Source: Nemertoderma westbladi (taxonomy: Eukaryota > Animalia > Xenacoelomorpha). Taken from it: a stretch of DNA of 36,136 nucleotides. Below the pieces are notes generated by a model. That model was not told where the DNA came from. It made no database searches and saw nothing but the letters and a program-made list of their open reading frames with translations. Positions 9,349 to 20,855 of this stretch are shown here, in pieces; the stretch's first letter is position 1, and every line of letters starts with the position of its first letter. The stretch covers positions 1-36,136 of the forward strand of contig JAUCBJ010000666.1 in NCBI GenBank assembly GCA_032718475.1, in the 5' to 3' direction. The position numbers were made by a program, and so were the translations under genes.

Positions 9349-9973
9349 CGCAATAAAGTTTATTGGTCTTATGCTATCAAACGACTTAAAGTGGAAAACA
9401 CACATTAATTATATAAGATCAAAGATTTCTAAAAACGTTGGAATTATCAATAAACTGAAACATTTCATTCCTGAAACTATACGTCTCATGTTATATCATA
9501 CCGTAGTGGCATCTTACTTATCTTTTGGTCTGATACTGTGGGGTTTCAGTGCGACAGAGTCAACTCTTAAACCATTGATAAAATTGCAGAATAAAATAAT
9601 ACGTGTCGTCTCACTGAAATCCAAAACAGTTCATGCCGAACCACTTTTCAAATATTTAAAAGTACTAAAACTTCAGGATTGCTATCGGTTACAATGTGTC
9701 AAATTAATCTATAAACATAGAACATCCTTGGTGAAGCTACCCTCAGAATTGAGTTCCAAACTGACACTCAATCGACAGGTACACTCTTATCCAACAAGAA
9801 ATGCTGCTAATTATCACTTGCCCCTATATAAAACAGCATTAGCTAAGAGCGGTATCATGTACCAAGGCCCTGCATTATGGAATGAGCTTCAGACGGATAT
9901 TAAACAATGCACTTCCCTGCCACAATTCAAAACTAAAATTAAAAACTACGTCCTCAACACCTATGACTCATAA
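9349..9973 (+). mobile_element. 5'-truncated L2/Crack/Daphne-like LINE, C-terminal part of ORF2
   Basis: IKFIGLMLSNDLKWKTHI..KISKNVGII.KLK, YLSFGLILWG, LQNKIIR, HSYPTRNA, YQGPALWNEL, FKTKIK. Frame open to the stop at 9973. Confidence 0.88.
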
Positions 9974-10164
9974 CGTGCATCGTTCTTTACCAATTTTTAC
10001 TAAATGAAAGTATTAGTACAGTTCCATTGATTATCCTATCTATTATTCTATGGTGAATTTTCATTTGCAACTCTCGAGAGCCACATAGAGTCAATAATAA
10101 CCAATAATACCAACACAAAATAATACCATGTTTCCAGACCAGACTGCCGAGGCCTATATAAATA

Positions 10165-11487
10165 TTGGAATTACTTAAAAGCATCTTATTTACAATGACG
10201 CATCCACAGAATATTAATGTCGCAAATGATGAAAACGATCACCGTATTATTGCTAGTATTATTTCATCAACGGATGACCCTGAAATAAAGAATTGTTTAA
10301 ACTGCAGGTCCCTGGAGGAGACAGGAACTGCAATCGCCAAAAAACTTAACAAATGTCCCATCAGCCAACTTCGCAAGACAGCCCTTTACATGGGATGTGA
10401 AAGGGCGAATGACAACCTCTTTAAGGCGCAATTAGTAGTTGAGGTTGTTAAATCAATTGAACGTTTCCTACCTGAGGAATGCGCGAACTGTGGGGCTGAC
10501 TACTCATGTGAGTTCGGAGAGAAAACCGCTATTCAATGTTTTATTTTCAACGTGGTGTTCACAGTGGTTGTGTCACTGATCCACTGCAAACAAAAGAATA
10601 TAAAGCACTAACAACGGATTTGTCTGGGCATGCCTATATTGCCAACAACGGGCCATTATAGCTGGCAAAGCAATTATTCGCGATAAAAAAGGCAAATCCA
10701 TTGCCAGTATTCGTAAGTGTCAAATTCTAGGCGCAGTGGCTACGACTGAAGGAGTCCCGTTGTCGGAACAAATGAGGGTTAAGGAACTGCAAATGAGAAG
10801 TCCCACAGTCAATGGGCCAAGTCAGTTCTCACCATTACCAACACCGCTACTGGTATAGACAACACTGATAGCGTTGTACAACCAATTCACCGTCAGTACC
10901 AGTAAATGGATTCGACTAAATAGTCGACTGCAAAACCACTTTAATATACTGGACGATGAAGATGATGATGTTGTCGATTTAGGTCTGTACATTATGAAAC
11001 AGAGGATGAATGGGTAAATCCCAACAGTACTGTTGGTAGAGAGACGTCACCGGTATCACACAACCACAATAAATCGGAACCTCTTTCTTCAAACAGCAGC
11101 AATGAAAATAAACCTATCTGTCGGTTCTTTCGCAATGGGAACTGCCAGTTTGGCCGATTGGGACGAGGCTGTTCATATCGACATCCAAAACTTTGTCTTA
11201 AATTCTTAAACAAAGGGAAATCGAGCCAAGGTGGCTGTACTAAGGGGACGTCCTGTAGGTACTTTCATCCCACACTGTGCCGCAATTTTGTCAACGAAAA
11301 ACAATGCCTTAATGGCAGATGTAACTTCTACCATATCCATGGCACTCAACGTGTCAAGAGGCTGCAGGAAAATCGCGTGGAAGACAGATATAATATCAGG
11401 GAACTGGGCTACGGTGTTGGGCTACAAGGGAATAACATAGTCTCCCAGAGCTACATCAAGTTGAACCTCCCTCCTCATAGAGAAATC
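10165..11487 (+). pseudogene. Decayed ORF1 of a CR1-group LINE (PHD-like Cys cluster plus tandem CCCH zinc fingers)
   Basis: FLPEECANC..Y..QCF (10165-10611), then after frameshifts ICRFFRNGNCQFG..GCSYRHPKLC..GCTKG..CRYFHPTLC..C..FYH..GT (~11115-11345). Confidence 0.7.
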
Positions 11488-11488
11488 G

Positions 11489-12885
11489 ACAAAGATAGAT
11501 AGATAGATTTATTTATACATTATGTAAAAACAATAACAAATACACCAAATAATGTACCGGTATAAAGGTATTGTCCAACATAACATATAGGATTACCCCT
11601 AAAGCTTTGCAGCTTATTTCCAAGGGGGTCCTTTATGTTACTTGGTTACAAATACAATATTACACTACGCTAACCTAAAACCAATATAAAACGTAATTAC
11701 ACTATGTACATGTACAACTTTACCGAGAGCGTGACAATGTCCGACTCAACGATAAAGATGTAATGTACAGAACAATTTATTATAAAACGTAATTACAGTA
11801 TAAATAGTAAATAATTAATAAACTAATAACTTACTGTAGGACTATTGTACCTATTTTTACATTGCACACGGAGGTGAGATTTAACTGCAGATTTAAAAGA
11901 ATGTTGACTATCTAGGTTTTTAATTTCATTAGGCAGAGCGTTCCAATTTTTAATGCCGTTAAAAAAGAAAGTATCAGATTCAATGGATTTACAATTCGGG
12001 AGGTAGAAGTTTGAAGCACTAGCTCTGGTACTGTAAGAGTGTGAATCGCGTACTCTGTTGAATTTTTGTTTTAGGTAATTGGGACATTTACCATTATACA
12101 CTTTATGCACATGGTTAAGGCGTAGCTGCTTAACTCTACTATCTAAGTTAAGTAGTCCAGATTCAGAAAAGTCATCTGGAGTTAGGTGGTGCCTAGGTTT
12201 GTAGTCTTTAATAAATCGTACTACTTTATTCTGAGCTACTTGTAATTTACATTTAAGCTGTTTGGTTAAGCCTTCATACCAAGAAGAGCATGCATAGTCC
12301 ATGTGACACTGTATTAAAGAAGAGCAAAGTAACTTGCGGGAGTCGGTGTTCAAACTATTTTTATTTCTGTATAGAAACCTAAGCCTACTGTTAACTTTCG
12401 AGAAAATATTTTTCACTGTGCTTTCTCCTGATAAGCAGTTATCCAATGTGGCGCCTAAATATTTAACTTCCTTTTTATTTTCAATCTTATGTCCATTACT
12501 AGTAACTTAGTTACCTTCTTTAACTTTCTTTTGGAACCAAACAAAATACTTTCAGTCTTACCGTAGTGAATGGATAGCTTATTATCAACCAACCACTCAT
12601 TACAGGATTCTAGAACTGCACTTAACTTTTGGGAAATATGAATAGGATCTTTATGAGAGAAAATAAGAGCACTGTCGTCGGCATATAAAATGAGTTTAAA
12701 ATCGGGATCTATACTACCTATCATATCATTTACATAGCATACAAAAAGCAGAGGACCTATTATACTACCTTGCGGTACACCACAGGTAATCTCTTGTACA
12801 GTAGACTGTGATTTGCTAATGACTACAGTTTGACCTCTGTCTGACAGGTAGGACTTGAACCAGTCTATAGAACCTAGACCCATCA
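11489..12885 (-). mobile_element. 5'-truncated L2/Crack-like LINE inserted in reverse into the CR1-group ORF1
   Basis: ORFs 12455-12883 (WFKSYLSDR.Q, CGVPQGSIIGPLLF, LYADD) and 11823-12446 (DYACSSWY, HSYSTR, WNALP), joined by a frameshift. 3' UTR stem-loop GGACCCC..GGAAATAAGC..GCTTT..GGGT (~11592-11632). AATAAA plus (TCTA)n tail at ~11493-11514. Confidence 0.9.
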
Positions 12886-12889
12886 GGCC

Positions 12890-14300
12890 TAACTAAACAC
12901 CGACGAACCAAACACCAATGGTCAAATACAGCAGCATAACGTGGAATGCTATCGCTATGGTGAAGCTCAGACTTTGCGGACCACGGATCAGAGTTCTTTT
13001 TTAGAGAACGCCATGGCGGAAATGCAGAACTCGTTTGCTATGCAAATGTCTCAGATGCAGGATCAAATTCTGGGTATGCAGCGCCAGTTCTCTCTCTCAC
13101 CAACTTCAGCAGTTGGTGCAGTTACAGCCCCAGGCAGCTGCAACCCCACCTCAAACCCAAACACAATGCCCAGTGCCCAAACCCAGTGTCCAGAACACAC
13201 AACAAATGCAAGGTTTTTCCCAGTCGTACCAGGTTCATATAGTACCAGTATCCAACCAAACCCAAATTATGGTCTAAACCATGGCTCTTACAGTTATGTA
13301 AATATTTTTGGGGATACCATTATTCATAGAAGAATGAGTGCCAATAATAATTTTCGCACTCATATTAATAATTTTGAATTGAATAATAATGAAGCCAAAA
13401 TGTAAAACGCTATTGGTTCTTCCCCTAAGGAAAATATAAATGCAAATTTTACCACTTTACATAATATTAAGAGCCAGGGCTACAAGAATAATTTCAATTG
13501 TGCTCTAAGTAATACTAATTTTACTACCGGTTCTACTAACACTAATATTAGTAGTAGTAATCCTCTTACTACCTGTTCTACTAACACTAATATTAGTAGT
13601 AGTAATCCTCTTACTACCTGTTCTACTAACACTAATATTAGTAGTAGTAATCCTCTTACTACTACTAATAGTAGTAACCAAAAAGGGCTCAGTGATGGCC
13701 ATTTTTCTAGCTACACGAATTGTTATCAAAATAATATTAATCAACATTTTATTGTACTAAATATCCAAGGGCTACATTTTCAAGGCCAGCCATCTAAAGT
13801 ACCACATATTCAGGACTTGGCTAGTTCTTCTCCCCAATTAATTGCCCTAACCGAAACCCATTTAAATAGTAAGTTTTTGGATGCTGAATTAAAAGTACCA
13901 GGCTTTACTTTAGTTAGGGCTGACAGGGATTCTAGAGCCAAAGGAGGTGCCGGTATATATATAAATGATAATATTGCTTTCACAATAATCGAAAAATACT
14001 CAAATACTGTTTGTGAATTCTTGGCTGTTCATTTTCAGTGTAGTGATACCCTAATATTTGTAGTATATCGGCATCCTTCCTGTGAAATAAAATTATTTAA
14101 AGAGTGTTTAAATAGGATTGAAAATATTATTGAATGCGAAAATTTCAATAATAGTAGACTCCTAATCTCTGGGGACTTTAATTTTCCCAACATTTCTTGG
14201 GGCAGGGACACTTTTTCATCTCACTCTCCAATAGCATCTATAAATTATCAGGACAATGCATTGCTTGGATTAATGTCACGCTGGTTTATGACCAGGCCTC
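12890..14300 (+). pseudogene. Resumed CR1-group LINE: ORF1 C-terminal region and truncated APE endonuclease
   Basis: Q/M-rich coiled-coil-like SFLENAMAEMQ.. (12941-13405), then FIVLNIQGL, IALTETHL, RADR..GGAGIYI, VVYRHP and ISGDFNFP.I.W. Truncated at ~14290. Confidence 0.85.
13523..13663 (+). repeat. 45-bp tandem repeat, 3 copies
   Basis: Unit ACTACC(G/T)GTTCTACTAACACTAATATTAGTAGTAGTAATCCTCTT, in frame with the downstream APE domain (TTCSTNTNISSSNPL). Confidence 0.93.
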
Positions 14301-14781
14301 ATTATTTTTGAGAAATCGCAAATTTATCTAAAATAAGCTATTTTTGAGATATTTTTCATTTTATTTTTGCTATTTTTGCGATGTTGTCTAAATCATCCTG
14401 TAATGATATGTATTATTGTAAATATTGAAACATGAACCATTGAAACTTGTTTGTTACATACTGTATGTAGTCCTATAGTATTTTATCTAATTAATTAGGT
14501 CTACAGGTCGTCTTGGATAGCCTTTAACTGACACTTAACATAACTATCAGTACTCTCTTTTGTACTGCCTTTGCCTTTAATGTCATTTTTCGGACATAGC
14601 AGTATCATACTATAGTATGCGGACAAAGTTAGTAGCCTACCGGCTACCAGACCACCACCACCACCACCTGTAACACTACCATAGCCTATACTGTAAAAAT
14701 GAAAGTTATTATTACAATAGACCTATAATGAAAGGTTGTGTAGGTCCATTAGCCTATACCGTGAAAAAGAATGTTATTATT

Positions 14782-15486
14782 CTACTACTACTAGGATCGG
14801 CATGCTGCATTGCAGCTGCATTTTTAAGAATGCTGTGCCGGCTTGTCAACAAAATTGCACCGCCACAACTCCCTATCACCCATGACATTTGCTAGATCAT
14901 CCGCATCTTTAAGGCCAGTGTCCTTTAAGATGCGTCTCAAGAAAGTCATAGGCTGTCCACCATGCTTATTCACTCCATGAGGCTGCCAAAGTACAAGATT
15001 ATGCACTGGCTGGTCCTCACGGCGAAAGCAATGTCCTGCAAAGCGGAGGCGATTTTGTTCTAGTGTCAAGCTTGGGGGAACCAATGAGACACCTCCAATG
15101 TTATATTGTGTCTGGTTGGAGATGTGTGCATTGTACTTGACACAATGTACCCGGCGTAGCATTCTTGTGAATGTGCCATCCAGAGATTTGGTGTCCTCAG
15201 CAGTTAGAGCCCAGCATGGACTCCCGTAGAGGAGTACTGGAACTACTGCTGCTCTAAATAATCGGACCTTAAGTTTCCGATTAATTCTAGGTGACTTCCA
15301 AATCCTGGAAAGCCTATTCAAGGCTGCCCATGCCTTTCCCTTACGTATTCGAAGGTCCTCACCTGACTTCCGGATCCATGATCCCAGGTAACAGAAGTCG
15401 TCCACATGCTCAAGCATAACATCCTTTGAGCTTATGCTCATCCGATCAGAGACTTGCTGAGGACTTTCAAAGTTAACTGTCAGAAT
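14782..15486 (-). mobile_element. 5'-truncated RTE-clade LINE
   Basis: LEHVDDFCYLGS, KLKVRLFRA.V.PVLLYGS.CW.LT, LDGTFTRMLRR, RLRFAGHC.R. Short 3' UTR and (TAG)n tail. Possible TSD TGTTATTATT on both sides. Confidence 0.9.
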
Positions 15487-15610
15487 TTTGTTATTGTTAT
15501 TATTATTATTAAATAGGCCTACAGTATACTGTAGGGTTGTATAGAGGCCCATTTTCTGTCTCTATCGGAAGTATTTTTTTTTTAACTTTAATGTGACAAA
15601 TTTCTGTTAA

Positions 15611-17684
15611 CCCTTTGCTGCTCGAATTATTTTTACTGGTTTAAAAAAATTTTTTTTAGGTTAGATAAACTGAAAACAGTCTAAAAGAACACATTAATGC
15701 CAAAAAGAATTTTTTTTTTATTTTTTGAATATTTTTAATGAATGTTGTTCAGGAACAACAATGAGCATTAAAGGTAGCAATAATATTTGGTAAAATAGAA
15801 TCAGATTCATCTTCCCCACTGTCATTACTATCTGGTATGACAATTGAATACACCTTCTCTTTGTTCTGGTACCGAACTACTACTCCAAGGATCGGCATGC
15901 TGCATTGGAGCTCCATTTTTAAGAAAACTTTGCCGGCTTGTCGACAAAATTTCGCCGCCACAACTCCCTATAACACATGACATTTGCTAGATCATCCGCA
16001 TCTTCAAAGCCAGTGTCCTTCAAGATGCGTCTCAAGAAAGTCATGGGCTGTCCACCATTCTTATACACTCCATGAGGCTGCCAAATCATAAGATTATGCA
16101 CTGGCTGGTCCTCGCGGCGAAAGCAATGTCCTGCAAAGCGGAGGCGGCTTTGTTCTACAGTAGTGTCAAGCTTGGGGGGAACCAATGAGAGGCACCTCCA
16201 ATATTTTATAGTGTCTAGTTGGAGATGTCTGCATTGTACTTGACACAGTGAACTACTACTACTACGGTCAGCATGCTGCTATATATATATATTACATATA
16301 TATTAAGAATGCTGTGCCGGATTGTCGACAAAATTTCGCCGCCACAACTGCCAAAATCACCCATGACATTTTGGCTAGATCATCCGCATTTTAAAGCCAG
16401 TGTCGTTCAAGATGCGACTCAAAAAAGTCATGGGCTGTCCACTATGCGTATTCACTCCATGAGGCCTCCAAAGCAAAAGATTATGCACTGGCTGGTCCTC
16501 ACGGCAAAAGCAATGTCCTGCAAAGCGGAGGCGGCTTTATTTTAGTGTCAAGCTTGGGGGAACCAATGAGAGACACCTCCAATGTTATATAGTGTCTGGT
16601 TAGAGAGGTGTGCATTGTACTTGACATAGTGAACTACTACTACTACGATCGGCATGCTGCATTGCAGCTGCATTATATATTTATTACATATATATTAAGA
16701 ATGCTGTCCCGGCTTGTCGATAAAATTGCGCTGCAACAACCCATGAGTCATGACATTTGCTAGATCATCCGCATCTTCAAGGTCAGTGCCCTTTAAGATG
16801 CGTCTCAAGAAAGTCATGGGCTGTACACCATGCTTATTCGCTCCATGAGAGCGTCAAAGCACAAGGTTATGCACTGGCTGGTCCTCACGGCGAAAGCAAT
16901 GTCCTGCAAAGCGGAGGCGGTTCCGTTGAAGTGTCAAGCTAGTGAAGATTAATGGAAAACCTCCAATGCTATATAGAGTTTGGTTGAAGATGTGTTCCTT
17001 GTACTTGACAGAGTGAACTCAGCGCAAAATTATTGTGAAAGTGCCACCCAGAGATTTGGTATCCTCTGCAGTTATAGCCCAGCATGGACTCCCATATAAG
17101 AGTACTGGTACTACTGCTGCCATAAATAATCGAACCTTAAGGTTTCGTTTAAGGTACCGAACAATTCATTCGCAAGCATAAAAATCTGAATAGGTAATAA
17201 TAATAAATATTAGATGAGACAGCAGATGAGTTATGAGACACCACCTAAATAACTGAGAAATAAAAACTAATAACAGTGTAATTATAGCTTTCTTAAATGG
17301 GCAATGTTGTTCTGGGACAACAATCTTTAAAACACTACTAACTTGGTTAAAATCTATTAACAATCTATTGGAGCATTCGAAAATCATCTTAGACATGTTT
17401 TCCTATCTACTCAATTTTTTTGGAACGGAAAAATTAAAGGGAATTGCATTTTTTAACAATATGAATGCACATGTTTTTTCAATTACCGCTTATTGAAGCA
17501 TAGGCTCACAATATGTAAGCCAATGTTCAAATTTCCCTCTTGAAAGCAAACGAAACTGATCCTCAGGTACAAGAAACATGTTGACAACCCATATCAACCA
17601 ATCAGATATCACATATTACCATTCTGAGATTAGGAGAGCCAATAATAGGAATGTTGTTCCGGAACAACACTGTGCAGCAAAGGG
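15611..17684. mobile_element. Non-autonomous piggyBac-like element containing a nested RTE insertion
   Basis: 11-bp TIR CCCTTTGCTGC / GCAGCAAAGGG, flanked by TTAA at 15607-15610 and 17685-17688. Internal palindrome TGTTGTTC(C/A/T)GG(A/G)ACAACA occurs three times. Confidence 0.8.
15878..17152 (-). mobile_element. Head-to-tail trimer of RTE 3' ends (same family as 14782-15486)
   Basis: Three diverged copies of the RLRFAGHC..LWQP region, each with the 3' UTR and (TAG)n tail. Junctions at ~16250 and ~16631. One 10-bp TSD, GGTACCGAAC (15868-15877, 17153-17162), flanks the whole array. Confidence 0.9.
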
Positions 17685-17912
17685 TTAATATAAGTTTATG
17701 TAAATAAATATAACTACTGTATGCAAATATTAGTGGCCGGTAAAATAAAAATTTTGAACATTTTTTATAATTGAAAGTATTCCCGTGTGTACTGCAGTAT
17801 TACCTACTACAGCATACAGCTGTAGGCCTGCCGACAATAAGACCAAGAAAGATACCGGTACTAGGCCTATACTGTTTTTATCCTTTGAGTCAGACTACAG
17901 CCGGACAGCACA

Positions 17913-18505
17913 ATGTCACCGCTCTTAATCTCCACAGTGTTTATCGTTCTGGGCCGTTTCGTTGTCGCAGAACCATCCGATCCTCAGGGTAACCCTGCAA
18001 CCCACCCTATTGCAATAACCGTATTGGACTGGTTTGCGGAACACCCGGTCGCTACCGTTTCGAACTGCCGCGCCGAATCGACGGAGGTGTGGTCGACGAG
18101 CGGATTCAGCCTCTACTGCTCTCATCGGGGAAGAAGATTTTGGGTCTCCTCTCCACGAACTAGAGGCCTAATCGCCAAACTCTGTCTTCTGTGTCTGGCT
18201 GGGGATATTGAGACCAACCCAGGACCCAGCCCAGCAGGACGCGGGCCCCGAAGATCAACTGTCCCGTCTGTCAACGAGGAACAAACTCTCGGAGTAAGAT
18301 CGTCCAATGCGAGAGTTGTGACACATTTGTACATTTAAAATGTTACCGTAAGAAAAGCAGTAATTTATTCTCCACCAGAAACAATCTTGAGCCAAGTTTT
18401 CTCTGCAATAGCTGTATTTTTACCGAACTTCCCTTTCATGATACTATTTTAGAATCAGAAACCGACGAGTCATCCCTCACATTGCCTCTGCAAACTCCAA
18501 GTATA
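17913..18505 (+). pseudogene. 5' fragment of an L2/CR1-group LINE ORF with a 2A-like (StopGo) motif and PHD finger
   Basis: LLCLAGDIETNPGP (DIETNPGP at 18204-18227). After a frameshift, manual translation gives CPVC..IVQCESCDTFVHLKC..FLCNSC..ELPFHD. Confidence 0.82.
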
Positions 18506-18509
18506 GGTT

Positions 18510-20290
18510 TATAAGAGTTATATCTATCTCGCCAGCATGAATAAAAAAGGAACGAAATTAATGCCGTGAATAAGATCAAAATAAATCCGAAATTGTTTTT
18601 TTTCCGTAAAAACGTAAGGATAAAGTAAATGTTGGTCCTTTTGTTATTAACGGCAAAATAGTTTCTAATCCTGTTGATGTTTGTGAAACTTTACACGAAC
18701 AACACCAATCAGTTTTTTTTTCAATCCAATTGCAGCTCTTAGGGTCTACTCACCCTCAGAGTTCTTTAAAGTCGATCAAGATACCAAACTAACTGATGTC
18801 CCGATTGAATTAGAACTTATTATCATGGCTATTGATAAGCAATGTGCAGCCTCATCGGTAGGTCCTGACGGTATTCCAGCTCTTCTACTCAAATCATGTA
18901 AGAATGAGTTGGCCCATCCCCTCTCTATAATCTATCAGGAATCATTATCATCTGGTATATTTCCATCTACTTTTAAATTTGGACATATTACCCCAATATT
19001 TAAGAAAGGATCTCGAATGGAGCCAATTAATTATCGACCAGTAAGTCTTACATCCATCCTCTCAAAGACCCTTGAACGTTTAGTAAGGTGGAGCCTAGTA
19101 GAATATCTGGAGATAAATAACCTCCTTAATGTGACTCAGCATGGCTTCCGGGCCAGGCGGTCTTGTCTTTCCCAACTAATAGACTATTACACATACATTC
19201 TAGACTTGCTGGCAACGACTGAAGGAGCCGATGTGTTCTACCTTGACTTTGCCAAGGCATTTGACAAGGTAGACCACGGCGTCTTACGTCACAAAATTAA
19301 AAAACTTGGTATCAGCGGTAGTTTGGGAGTGTGGCTCGCACACTTCCTAACAAATCGTTCCCGGAAAGTTGTAATAAACGGTGCCAGTTCCCATCCCCAA
19401 CCCATCCTTAGTGGGGTTCCACAAGGAACGGTACATCTACCCCTACTGTAAATAACAATATGCATCTGCATGGTGACAAATTTGAGCATCTGCACTACAG
19501 TAACAAACCCAAATCTCATCCACACAATAGCTACACTTATATAAATTCTACTGGCGACCATTTGATAATAACTTCAGATCATGCAACTAAAGATCTAGGT
19601 GTGACCATGAGTGATAATGGGCGTTTTTCATTACATATCACCATCATTTGTAAAACCGGATTTCAGTTATGTGGCTGGATACCAAGGACATCTTCAACAC
19701 GTAATGTAATCCCCATGGTTACGCTTTTTAATTCTCTCGTCCGTCCAAGACTCAAATATTGCTGCCAGTTGTGGAACCCAGCTACTGTAGCTGATATCCA
19801 AAAAATTGAAAATGTACAACGGGCCTACACCCGCCGCATATTTGGAATGAAGGACATAAATTATTGGGAACGCTTGAAAATATTACGGTTATATTATATT
19901 CGCTCGAGCGGAGGAGAGAAAGGTATATAATAATAATATATACATACATGGAAAATTCTCGAAAATAGAGTTCCAAATATTTCAGATTTAACCTATAAAA
20001 TTAAATCTACAAAACACATCCGCAGAGGTCGACTTTGTACCATACCGTCCCTTGCAAGTAAGGCTACATGTCGCGTCTCCTCTCTTATAGACAACAGTTT
20101 TTGTGTTATTGGACCTAAATTATTTAACACCATCCCAAAACATATAAGAGACTTGACAGGCTGCGCACTGGAGACTTTTAAAAAGCATCTTGATGCATAT
20201 CTTTTCACCGTCCCAGATAGTCCCGGCTCGCCTGGATACACTGACTCGAGACCTATCCAGTCAAACTCCCTAACTAAGGTATAAGTATTC
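18510..20290 (+). pseudogene. Decayed RT and C-terminal region of a CR1-group LINE
   Basis: KIKINPKLFF, GPDGIPALLLK, ITPIFKKG..NYRPVSLTS, QHGFR..RSC, DFAKAFDKVDH, SGVPQGTV, KDLGV, LVRPRLKYCCQLW, IENVQR, and terminal YLFTVPD.PG.PGY..SNSL. The catalytic xADD segment is deleted near 19450; frameshifts present. Confidence 0.9.
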
Positions 20291-20809
20291 AAATAAATTA
20301 AATGGACTACATTTCTTTCATTGCATTGTCCATTTAAACAGAAGAATTAGCCAGTTTTTGCACAATTTTTATACTATGTATATTTTTACTATAATGTTTC
20401 TTTATTATGTTCTATATATATATGTTTTATATGTTATATATTATAATGTTTTCTAATTATTAATTATGTGCATTTTGTGCCTTATTTGCGTAATTTTTAC
20501 AACTGTAGGCCCCTACGTAATTATTTGGTATACTGTAGTTTTTAGGTATATATACTTAATTTGGTGTGCTCTACGAGTTCTACCGTGTGAATTTTAAATC
20601 ACTAAATATATATACAAGAATACAATACCCAGAATCGCCTTTGTTTACTACACCTATTTGTGTACCGTAATGATTTCCATATAACGACTTTTATTCTTCT
20701 CTCTGTTTATAAATTTATGTTTAAGAAATATAAATTGTTCTCAATGAATTTCTAAATGACTATAAAGTAAATTTTTAATGCACAGTGTTATTTTATCTCT
20801 CACATTTAC

Positions 20810-20855
20810 AGTGCTCACCTCGGCGGATAAGCTATGCTTTACTGAGGTTAGTACT
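20810..20855 (+). other. L2/Crack-type LINE 3'-UTR stem-loop remnant
   Basis: AGTGCTCACCTCGG-CGGATAAGCTATGCTTTA-CTGAGGTTAGTACT can fold back on itself and shares the ATAAGC..GCTTT core with the LINE 3' end at ~11592-11632. Confidence 0.45.
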
